In this document: positions 51,693 to 64,000 of the stretch, one piece after another | Layout: each line of letters starts with the position of its first letter | How positions within the stretch are numbered: position 1 is the first letter of the stretch | Origin: Zancudomyces culisetae HAW-14-8 | Lineage: Eukaryota; Fungi; Kickxellomycota | Length of the DNA stretch: 64,000 nt | Direction of reading: 5' to 3' | Assembly: GCA_052426225.1 (NCBI GenBank) | Contig: JBNJNM010000013.1 | Location: 1,550,001-1,614,000, forward strand | Notes under the pieces: model-generated | The model's input: the letters and a program-made list of their open reading frames with translations, nothing else | Database searches by the model: none | What the model was told of the DNA's origin: nothing | Made by a program: the position numbers and the translations under genes

Positions 51693-52256
51693 TATAATTA
51701 ACGTTTATAGCTATGTTTAGACAAATTGAGCAATTTTTATGAAATTAATTATTCGTAATAAATTTTAGAATTTTAACTTTATGTTAGATACCAATATTAT
51801 ACACAATAGTAATGGTATTAACAAACTATCACACAGTTAGTTTTTGAAAGCTATTAATTATATGTTTATGAAAACACACAGTAATAATAAATTATAACTA
51901 ATATAACTTTATTAGTAATAACGAGATTGTTAAACTTAGTTTTTCATCAAAGGAAAATGTATACCCTTTTATACAACTAAGTAATAATAAAACGTAATAT
52001 AAAACTAAAACTAATATTATGATAAATATTTATAAATATAAACTTATTTCATTAATATACATAATATTAATGATGATACATTTAATATTGATCATGGTAT
52101 CAATATTAATGTTTTAAACATATTATTAAATATTAATATAATCTTATAAACTATAATTCAATAATATTAATATATACATATAATATCATTACTAATATTA
52201 CATACCATATCATATTGTAATATATAATATGTTACTATACATGTGTATTTATAACA

Positions 52257-55200
52257 ATTTAATATTTATGACAAAAATTTCTGATATTATATTGCTTACA
52301 ATCATTGTTAATTATTTAATATAGTAAATTTTTGATATTTAATAATATCAATAATATATGATATTACTCTAAAATTACAATTATTATTATTACATATAAT
52401 ACGGTAAATTTATATAAACATCTTATTATATAAGACTATAATTGAGGATATATTACCCCAATTATAAGATATCTTATTAACAATGAATTACATATACAAT
52501 TATATAATATCGGATTGTTATATTAATATATTTTATATACTAATATCAGTCATGTGGTGACTATAATCAAGAATTATAAGGATTAATATTCACAATGTGT
52601 GTAACTACTGTTATTATGTTTGTTATTATTATTTTTCGTTTTATTGATTCATTTATCAATTGTATTTAAATATTCCACATATGTAAATCAGTATTAGTAT
52701 TGAATATTTTATTTCGATTATTTCATAAAAAATAATATGATATTTCATTGCAAATTTGTTGAAGACAGTTATCATAAAAATGCATCATTATAATGTAAAT
52801 GGTAATTATGTACTTAGTATTGAAGCTTTGACTAAAACACCTGCAGTTCAATAGATCCATATCGGTAGCTTGGAAATATTACATGTGGTGATGTGCACCT
52901 GAATTCTAATGAATGGACTGAAAGTGATTGTGAAATCAAATCCATATATGCTTAAATATTAGTTTGAAGAACTATGATATCGATAAAGTATAGTGAAATG
53001 AAATATTCATGTCTTGATCATATCATGTTACCGATTGAGAACAATTTATCGTGTTTTTCGTACGAGTTATCAAGTGTAGACATATTTATTAATAACATAT
53101 GATTACTAAATATTATTATTTATTGTTGTCGTTTTTTCATATAGATAATATAATAATTTATATTGATTTGATTTTTAATTGTTTGCAAACAAATTGTAAA
53201 AAATCAATAATATTGATCATTAATTAATAAATATTATTCATAATATATTATTTTATCTTATAATAACTATAATGATTTTTGTTTACAATTTGATGTCATA
53301 ATATATAATAATGATAAACATCTTACGCATATGTGCACATCTAAAAATTATGTGCTTAGTACGTGGTACATTTGCATATAGCAAAATGTTTTGTAAAATA
53401 ATCATAATATCATATGTTAATATAGTAATCGCAATTATATATATTATATTATTCATTACAATAATATATGGACAATAATCTGAATATTAGAAACATATAT
53501 TATTGATATTTTATTAAAATTAATGTATCTCGTATTAATCGTATAGATACCTCAATTTGGAACAACTTTAAGCTAATATGCTTTACAATGCATATTATAA
53601 AATGTGTATCATGATAAGTTAATTTAATGATTCATAAATTATGTATTTTTAATAACTTTATTTATTTTAACGCATGATACGTAACAATATTTTATGATAA
53701 ATATATATCATAAACAATATAATATATTTATATTAAATATTGATATATATATATTTTTCAATTAAAATTTACATTATAATTATTAATTATGACATAGAAT
53801 ACACAAAAATATTATTTAGGAATTTAATTAAATATTATAATAGATTTAATTCATATAAAATCTATTGATTTATAATTATATACATATGCAATGTATAGAA
53901 TAAAATATTGCAATCACGTAGTATAATATATGATCAACATGTATATATTTATTATATGTTTGTTAATATATTAAATACTAGATATTAATATCTTATATAT
54001 ATATAATTTTTAAAATATATTTACATTTTTAAATATATTATATTGTATATATAACAATATATATATTATATTATTAATATGTTAATCAAATATTATAACA
54101 TTATTGTATATTTCTAGCATTAATTAAGAATTATTAATATATATAATATCATGCCATAATATACTATTACGTTTTAATTAATAAAAAAATCATTTATTAA
54201 TATATTATATATTAAATGATATATATTGATATCATTATTATCATAACATATTTATATTTTTAGATGTTTGTCTAAATGCTAATAAAAATATGTTACATTA
54301 TTATTTATGCCGAATCATCACTACATTAATTCTAGCTTTATTTAATAAACATAATGTATATACAATTTAAATAAATATTGTTGTTATAAAATATCTAATT
54401 ACTTTTATAATATTATATGATTGCGTATATGATTTTGTGATCATACATAATATTTATAACATATGTTTAATTATGACAAAGATTTGATATAATAACAATA
54501 TGTATATATAAATTAAGTAACTATTATTCATATTAGATACTATAATTAAATAATGTGTTTCGATATTAAATATTATAAAAATGTATATATTTATTTATAT
54601 ATTATTTTTTATGTAATATATGTAACAATTATATTTTTGTCAATAATATTTTATTATTAAATAATATCTACTATTAATAATACATTAAAGATTATTAATC
54701 TAAATTATTAAATATGATTAATATAATTACAAAACTAATTGTATTATTTTTAAAATTCAATTTAAAAATGGATTATATATTATACGATTATAATGATATA
54801 ATAAATAATTATTATACTACTTTTAATAGATATTAATTATATATATTATCATCTTTACAATGTTACATATAATCGCAAATCGTTTATATTATAAGTTAAT
54901 TGATATATTATAAATAATAATTCATATGAATATCCATGTAATTTTTTATAATAGATATTTACTATAAATATATCTTACATTTATGTATATATTCCACATA
55001 TTTTACATAATATATAAATGATCTTGCTATATGAACGAGATATAATTATAATGTAAATTTCTATTATATTTTTCCAGACTTATATGATTATATTATATAT
55101 TACACGTATTAGTTAATGAATATGCTAGCTATATCAATTAAAATATTTTGATTATTATTACATAATTAAATATAATTTGTCAAATATTCTAAAATGATAT

Positions 55201-58200
55201 TAAATCACCAACCATTTGTACCTATCGGTCAGCTGGGGCAACGAAGTCTATAATATTGAGCAGTAGTATCAATTAGATACGGTTATTATATTTTCGATAT
55301 AAAATTTACATTACATACATGTAACGTCACAGTTGACCATATATAAATGAATGCAAAGCAAATGTGATCTGATACATGTTTTACCACTATTTTTGTAGTG
55401 GTTGAAATAACACAAACTTTGTATATTGTACTTATATATATTATGGTTTATTATCACCATAATATACTTTTACCATATGATTACTACATAGTAATGCATA
55501 ATTGTATATATATAGTTTTATTTAATATTATCATTTATCAACATTATAATATTTGATCTACATCAATATTAACATCTATGTTTTTATACATTTGTTGGTG
55601 TAAACATATTTATACCGACTTACAATGTAAATTTATAATTTCATGATATGATAATAATAAAAATGTGATAATAATAAAGCTGTTAATCTATAATTTTTAC
55701 CATAAATATTTGTGGTAATTAATTAGTCATTCTGAATTATTATGAAATTTTAAATATACAATGATATTAATTGTATATCATTTAATTATATAATGATTAT
55801 GCATGAATACTAAGGATGAAAAATACAAATATATGTCATTTCATAATTATAAACCAAATACTTATAATGTGAGGTTATAATAATTAGATTAAAAACGATA
55901 CAATATATGGATGGCATATATTGGCTTACAAGATTATATAATATCATAAAATATACATTTTAAATTATATTCAAATGATAATTATGCTATTATTACTATC
56001 ATTAAACACATATGATATATATTAATAATATTTTAACTAATTATTTACAATATGTTTCATTTAATATATATCACGCACAAATTTATTATAAATAATTAAT
56101 GTATCAACGTACTTTACATTATGATAATAAAAAATAAATATGTATTTACAATTAATTTATTACATTTGACTAATACTTTCTATGAATAATATCAGTTAAA
56201 AATATTAGAATATAAAATTACACATAAGTAGTTATATATATCTTATATATAATGTATTTGTAATAAAATAATAGTGTAATTGCAGCAACATACGATCATC
56301 GTAATTACATTTACATAGTGTTGATGTATTTGTTACGAAAACAAATTTTAAATAATAAATATATCGAATAATATATAATAAAAATGTGACATAGATCGTT
56401 GTATATAACTTAATACAATATTATCGGTTTATAAAATGTAATATGATAAAGATATTTAAAAATATTTATTTTTCATCATATACCATGTATTTAATGCAAT
56501 TGTTTATCAATTTTTTAAATAATATGTAAATTTACACCAATAAATTTAATTATATATATCAACGAACGTACTATATATTAAATTTTTTAATAATTTTACA
56601 AAAAACTATAATGGAAATGATTGGCCATCACTAACAGTATATAATATTAATTGTATTAAAAATATCATTTTGATGAATTATATTCAAAAGTATTTATAAA
56701 CAAGTACATAATATTAAAATGTAACATGATGAAATGCTATGATTATATCATGATCATATGTGACTGTATTAAAAAATATATATACAATTTTATGATTGCA
56801 TATATGGCTAAAGTATGTAACTTGTTTAAACATATATAGCAAAAATATAATATATTTCGAATAACAGCCGAATAATGGGTATTAATAATTGTATTATTAT
56901 ATATCGCGTTAAAGATGATTGTTATAAAGATTATTATATTCCATTTATCATTATATTATATGTTTTTGTTAGATTATTGTATTATAGTTAATCGAAATCA
57001 TACGAATTAATTAAAGATAATGTAATAAATAATAAAAAAAAATGATCATAAATTTGGCATCAACTCATATAATATATAATACTATTTAAACATATGTAAA
57101 TAAATATGGAATGTTATGCAATTAAATTGTGATATTAAATTATAATCCGTTAATTAATTAATGATATGATGATTAAGCATTATTACATGTGTAATGAAAA
57201 TATATAAATTCCAAAATATTAGTTGCCGCTCACTCCAATTCTCATAATATGCATATTTCGTTTCCATTCATGACAAAACTGTATTATATTTGTTCTGCCC
57301 AATTAAACATCGGGTGATCACACACATTTTCTTGTACTTTAAACAATCAACGATATCGCGATGATCGAGATCGAAACTCGAATAATTAGATGAAATTATC
57401 ACATATAATGTAGGCTAAATCGACATTTTATGTGATTATTAGATGATAATATTATTATATTATTAATTAATAATCTAATTTGGGTCACATATTACTTTAT
57501 AATCCACTTCAAGATCGGTTTGAACCATTGCAATTATCTATGTATTTATATTAATACAATTTAGCTGTTAAAAATCTCGTTATTTATATCATGAAATTGT
57601 GATAATGCAAATACCTACCTAAAACAATATAAAATCTACAATTGTTTTGCTATACACATTATGCAAAAGGTATCAGAAATGTATGGAGTTTTTAATTTGG
57701 ACCAAATTATTTGTTTTGCACGCCAAATTTTAAGAGTTGGGCGTAATATTCCCCAGTTAATTCGCATTTATTGTAGTAATAATAACATTCAACTATATTA
57801 AATATAAGCTAATTAGGTAGGGTTGACTGGTTAAATAAAGTATAACATTCACCAGTAACAATCCCCCTATATTATCGGAACTTTTTGTAAGTTTAGTTGC
57901 GGAAAATTCCTGAGTAATTGTCTGCAATCTAAAAATACATCACTGTTGTATGTCTACAATAGGCAAAACAAATCCATTGGTAAATTGTGTTTTGTAATTT
58001 TTAGTTAGATTTATTGTAGATTTTATTTTATATAATTGAAATTTTTGGTATACTAAATAATATATTCTTTTGCAATATCCAAGTACTATATAATAATTCA
58101 CAGCATATTGTTGTAAGGTAAATAAAATTTCCCGTCCCGTGTGAAATTGGTGTATAAAACACAAATGGGACGTTTAACATGGTAACACACTACATCACGA

Positions 58201-58883
58201 CTGTCATATAAGAAATGATAGTTCATACCTTCTAGCTTTCATTGGCAGTCTATTTATCATATTTATTTTCATTGGAGATTGGACTTTGCTCCCTATGGAG
58301 GGTTTTATCCTATTTCTATATTTGATACCAGGTTAGTCGTTATCAGGAAAAATTTTTATAATGAGTTTTTGGGATAACAATAGTTCTATATAATTATTAT
58401 ATATTTTTGAAATGAGCGGGAATTAATAAAAATAAGATATACAAAAAATATAACTGTACTAACATCATAAAACGAACTATTAGCTAGGGAGTATGATAAA
58501 AACTATACAAGTGTGATAGAGTTCGGAGTTGAGTACAAAGCCCCTATATTGGCAAAATATTAAAATATAATACACGATGTAATATAGCTATAGTTATATT
58601 ACATAACTATTCAATAATTTATGTTTATTATATTTTTTTTATTAAACACCGCCAAACTTAAAAAAACAAAACAATAATTGAATAGGTAATATATTATTTT
58701 ATTTTTTCTCCTTTAAAGAGAATTATCAAAATTTTGGATAGTATCAACTGCTAGTAAATAAATATAATATTTATGACTATGAAATATTAAAGAATACAGT
58801 ATTTTAAACTTTTAAGATTTAACAATAATTACTGGAAAGATAGGTAGTCTTTAGTTTATTATCTATAAAAATATAACAGAACA
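52257..58883. other. Extremely AT-rich eroded block with no intact ORF
   Basis: Many 60-nt lines have 6 or fewer G+C (e.g. 54001-54060 has 3). Only one ORF of 60 aa or more in 6.6 kb. Confidence 0.85.
56600..58170 (-). pseudogene. Possible heavily decayed SNF2/RAD54-like ATPase relic
   Basis: Collinear degenerate motifs: GTG(N) about 58135, VLP...IQQ* about 57950, GIVTGECYTLFNQST...LTG in one frame 57865-57752, RK-VCDHP about 57320, DGQ about 56625. Confidence 0.35.
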
Positions 58884-61800
58884 TGTCGCATAAAATGCGA
58901 TATGAAACTGGAATTTCCAAAATTGGATATTAGACCAATAAAATATTTTTTGATTTTTACAAGGAAATTGGACTCTTTTTTCCAATGATTTTACTTGGTG
59001 TTTTTAATTTGCTAAATTTGGATAGGAAATGTGATTTTATTATTATTTAGGAGGATCATAATTACAAAAAATATTCAATATATTTTTATCATATTCGAAT
59101 ACAAGAAGTGGTTCTAAATTAGAGTTTTAACATTGCTCGAACACTGAATGTAGAGCTTATATAACTTATAAATTTAAAAAACTTCAAGAATTATAATATA
59201 CTAAAGAGTTTTAGTTGATAGTGGCGATCACGGTGGGACCGAGAAATAATAATTGGATTCAAAATATGGTTGATATCAGTTAGTTTAATTCGCTAGAAGA
59301 TGATCCCGAGGAGTGGATAGACATGTATCGGCTACATGCAAAGATGAAGAATTGGCAGGAGGCAGATTGGATTGAATTTATGGTTTTCATTTGGGAGAAA
59401 GGGAAAGGATATGGTTCATTAGGAAGATTGCCAAATTTACAACTGGGTTTCAGTTAAATCTTCTTTCTTTGAAAAGTTCGTTCGTATAATTAATACCCAT
59501 CAATCTTAGAACACTTGAAAAACATAAACCAAAATAAATTTGGTTCTGTGGTTGAGTTTAGTACGCATTGAAAGTAGCCTTAAATAATTGCGGAATAAAT
59601 GATGATACTCAAAGAGTTAATTGGCTTATTAGTGCTATAAACCATTCATACAATGTTAAAATACTAGATGCAGGTGTAGGTAATTGGGACGAGATAATTA
59701 AAATCCTAAATTCAGGATTGGAACAACCTACCATTTTAGAAAAACCAGTAGTAGAACCAACAGATTCAGCAATAAAAAATGCCAGACTATCAGGCCCAGG
59801 GAAAAGCATAAGAGTGATGACGGATGAACAAGAAGGGTATAAAGTAATGATAAACAAGATGGAGGAGTGGGGTGTTAACTTGTTAACAAAAGTCGAAGAA
59901 GTGGTGGATAAAAACATTGATACTGCGATTTCAAAAAAGTATGGCCACTCGACATATAAACCTCCATACTGCGGTAACTGTCAAAAAACAGGTCATAAAA
60001 GATACCAATGTCTCGAGTTGAATAATTCCCGACAGTTGCAATCCGAAACTAAGAAAGAAATAAACACTATTGAGCTATTATCTGAAGAGGATGATGATGA
60101 CAAAGATTTATATTTAGTTCAGCGTACTAACAATTAGGAAAATTTAATAATCCTTATTTAAAAATAAATAACAGCGATAAGAATGTTAAGAATTTGACTT
60201 ATTAATTACTAAAGATATACAATATTATGAAAATGATTAAATACAAAAAAATACAAAAGATTTTAAAAATACAAAAAAATTAAATAATTCAAGTAATATA
60301 AAATAAAAAACTAATGAAATGGAAATGGTGGTGGAAGTTCTTGACGATGAATTATCTCAGAAATCTAAAGTATCTGAAATTGGAGTACAGAAGAAGGCAA
60401 AATACGTCACTAAGATTTCAGAATATACTACACCATTCAACATGGTCGAAGAGCTGAACCAATTCTATCCTAAAATTAGTTTCACACAATTGTTAGAGGC
60501 ATCCCCGACGCTTACTGCAGAGTTAAACACGTTGTGTAAAAAGGCCAAGAAGTTAGACGTTAACGAAATCCGTTTCCTTCCACAAAAAATAAGTAACTGT
60601 AAAGTCATAGTTTCAGATTTCAATAAAAAATACTGGGCAGTTGTCGACACTGGAGCAGCCTGTTCCGTAACTACAACAACGTTAGCCGAACAATGGAGAA
60701 TTGAACCAGATGAATGGCAAAGGCAGGTTATAGTGACAGCCGACGGTAGTAGGCATTCAACATGCGGTATCCTTAACAGGGTACCGCAGAAGATAAGTAA
60801 CTACACACTAGAAGCTGAGCTAGTAATAATGAACCGAAAGGACGATATGTTGATTTTAGGTACAGACTGGCTTTATAGGCACCATGGTATTGTCGACCCT
60901 CGTAGTAGTGAATTAAAGATCCAGGCTCAATCAAATTTGCTAATTATTACAATGCAAACAATCTCGGAAAAGCCACAGCAAAATACTTATGATTCGGAAA
61001 TTTATTTAATGGAAAAGGGGATGATAAAGAAAAATCAACAGTTGAAAAATATGATGATGAAAGGTTAACAAAATTCAAAGAAGAATTTAAAGATATTTTT
61101 GTATATGATATCAATGAGCTTACCCAAACCGATCTAGCAGAACATCGGATTGAATTGACTGACGAAATACCAATTAAGCAACGTCCTTACCGAATTCCCC
61201 ACCACATGCAGTTGAAAGTTAGAAATGAACTTGAGATAATGGAAAGAAAAGGGGTTATTTCACCATGTTACTCTGAATAGTGTTCCCCGGTAGTTACGGT
61301 TTATAAAAAAAACGGCAAACTCCGTGTTTGCGCCGATTACAGAAAATTGAATCAGGTAACAAAGAAGGACGCCTATCCGCTTTCGACAATAGACGATATT
61401 TTTATGACGCTAGCAGGAAGTCGGATTTTTACAAGCCTAGACGCATTGAGCGGCTTTTGGCAGATTCGTATGGCCAACAAAGACAGACTGAAAAGAGCAT
61501 TCGCAATCCCAGGTAGCGGCAGCTACTGTTATAATGTCATGCCTTTCGGCTTGACGAATTCACCTGCCTCTTTTTAAATGTTGATGGAAGAAGATCTAGG
61601 TCCGGTGCTATGGAAAACAGCAGTTTTCATAGACGATATTATAATATTTTCCAAATCACTTTCTCAACTTATATTAGATTTAAGAAAAGTGTTTGAATTA
61701 TTATGGAATTATAAAATACAACTACATAACGAAAAATGTTTGTTAGGGATGAAGAAATTAGGATATTTGGGTCATATGGTTTATATGGATGGAATAGGAA

Positions 61801-64000
61801 GGACGGACGAGAAAATTAAGGCAATTATGAATGCGAAATACCCGACAAACGTTAAGGAGTTACAATCCTTCCTCGGACTAACAGGCTATTATCGAAAGTA
61901 TGTTGACGGATATGCATTGTTAGCGGCTCCTCTAGTTAAGTTGTTGAAGAAAGAATCGGTATGGAAGTGGACTGAACATCACGTAAACGCAGTAAATGAA
62001 CTTAAAAACAAACTTTGCAACGCCCCAATTCTTTCCCACCCCAACTGGGATCTCGAGTTTATATTAACAACTGATGCTTCCGAAGATGGTATTGGTGCTA
62101 TTTTATCCCAACTTACTGAACAGGGAGAAAAACCGATATCCTACGCAAGTAAAACAACAAATAAACATGAAAAAAATTACTCCATTACGCTCTTAGAGGC
62201 TTTAGCAGTGGTCTGGGGTATAAAAAAATAAAAACATTACCTATGGGGTAAGCACTTTACCGTACGTACCGATCATAATTCATTGTTGAATTTGTTTGAT
62301 GGGAAAGAAATCACTGGTCGTGTCGCGAGGTGGGCCATGATTTTACGCAATTATAATTATACAGTGGTACACTGCAAGGGTAAATCAAACCCAGCCGACA
62401 TGTTATCAAGATTAGAAGCACCAAATCCTGTTGAAGAGGTAATAGATATAATTAGTATTGAAGAAATATCTAGTGAAGATATTATAGGGTACTTACAGAA
62501 TAACCTCTTTTCTCCAGATGCAAACGCTAAATATAAAAAGAAGATCATTACAAAGTCTAAGAAATACAAAGTTATTGATAGTGCTTTATTTAAATTATGC
62601 AAGGGAATATATAAAGAAGTTTTATTAGATAACAACGCACGTAAAGTTGTAGAAGAAATACATCAGGAAACTCATGAGGGTATCGAGAATACCTGGCGAC
62701 GAGTGAGCAATAAGTATACGGGGAAGCGTCTGTTTGAATTAATAAAAACGGTAGTAAGGGAATGTAGTACCTGCCAAATGTATCAAGGAGGACGGGTAAG
62801 ACGAAACGAAATTCACCCTATACACACGCATAAACCGTTCGGAATCTTTGGGCTCGATGCGATTGGTCCCATTAGCCCAATTACTGCTTCGGGTAACAGA
62901 TACATCCTAACTGGAGTTGACTATTACACCTAATGGCCCGTTGCGGAAGCCGTAGATAATATAAAAACAGACACAATTATAAATTTTATAGTTACTAATA
63001 CTATTCAGCACTTCGGAACACCAGACCAAATCATAACAGATAGGGGTCCAGGTTTTGTAAGTGAAGCTGCCGATAAAGTATACAAATTTCTAGAGATTAA
63101 ACATACCCCTACTACCCCTTACAGACCGCAAAGTAACGGTCAGGTAGAGAGGTTAAATCAGACTTTAAAAAATGTACTAGCTAGGCAGTGTAAAAAAGAC
63201 AAGTTAAATTGGGACACCTACCTCTGGAAATCACTTCTTGCAATTCGTAATATGCGGAATCGAAGCACTGGATTTAGTCCAGCTGAATTACTATATGGTG
63301 TAACGCTCACTACACCTTCCATTTGGTCACCCCCCGCAGAAATTAGCGATTTGCAAATTACAATTCAAGAAAGGATCGACGCAATTCGTACTGAATTACC
63401 TGAACTTCGTGAGATCGGTCGAATTCGAAATCTAAAAGCAAAACAAAATATGTAAGAACGCTATGATAAACATGTAGTAATTTCGAATTTTGAAGTAAAT
63501 GATATGGTCATGAAATTGATTGAACAAGTAACGGAAAAATTTCAAGAGATTTGGGAAGGCCCATACCGTATAGAACAAAAACTAAGATCAGGTACTTACC
63601 TCATTTCTGACTCCGAAGGAAACCGCGACTTGGTAAATGGAGACATGCTAAAACGTTTTTATCACAGTAAAAACATGATTCCCGAAGTAACAACCACGTT
63701 AAGGTCAAAATTGAAAAGATTCAAAAACAGAGTAAGTCCAATTTGGGTGCCGGGATCTGTCGCATAAAATTGCGATATGAAACTAGAATTTCCAAAATTG
63801 GATTTTGGACCAATAGAATTTATTTTGTTTTTAACTAGGAAATTGGACTCTTTTTTCCAAGAATTTTACTTGGTTTTTTTAATGAGCTAAATTTGGTTAG
63901 GAAAAATGATTTTTATAATTAGGAGGATCAGGATTACAAAAAAAATTCAATACATTTTTACTATATACGAATACAAGAAGAGGTTCTAAAATAGAGTTAT
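58884..64000 (+). mobile_element. Degenerate non-chromodomain Ty3/Gypsy element F (3' LTR runs off the window)
   Basis: LTRs about 58884-59220 and from 63758 (TGTCGCATAAAAT). Gag knuckle CGNCQKTGHKRYQC, VDTGA, FIDD, TTDAS, TPYRPQSNGQVER. Many stops. Confidence 0.9.
59222..59238 (+). promoter_or_regulatory. tRNA primer-binding site of element F (tRNA-Arg-like 3' end)
   Basis: TGGCGATCACGGTGGGA lies just after the 5' LTR. Its complement ends ...CCCACCGTGATCG-CCA. Confidence 0.7.

Larger units (their letters stand above)
45776..52256 (-). mobile_element. Degenerate full-length Ty3/Gypsy chromovirus E
   Basis: 5' LTR 51782-52256, heavily decayed 3' LTR about 45776-46242, TSD ATTTA (45771-45775 / 52257-52261), PPT about 46243-46256. 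Confidence 0.85.

Noticed and set aside
29877-64000. Classical RIP as the cause of repeat decay
   Set aside because: Transitions are a minority of the differences between paired repeats, and element B retains abundant CpA/CpG.

Overview
Eukaryotic (fungal) genomic DNA. Short GT-AG introns, low GC and fungal chromoviruses suggest an early-diverging fungus such as Kickxellomycotina, but that assignment is inference only. The window has two parts. (1) About 1-25.3 kb is a gene-rich arm: a multi-exon hypothetical gene, CDS1, a Cys-rich orphan, TFB4, a GPR1/FUN34/YaaH transporter, a secreted CBM19-like/GPI protein, TRM1, a 60-aa RPA14-like ORF overlapping RAD1/XPF, and a 7TM receptor. (2) About 27.9-64 kb has no intact host gene. 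It is a nested transposon stack, resolved here by target-site duplications: six Ty3/Gypsy families (labelled A-F), solo LTRs, a Tc1 DD34E element, and an extremely AT-rich eroded block with a possible SNF2-helicase relic. The most unusual signal is that paired repeats (LTR vs LTR, TIR vs TIR) differ mainly by A<->T transversions rather than transitions. This points to a non-RIP mutational process acting on this repeat cluster. Tf1-type self-priming sites, -1 frameshift pseudoknots, a hairpin micro-inversion and a dynamic 25-bp array inside LTRs are also readable. All alignments and counts were done by eye.
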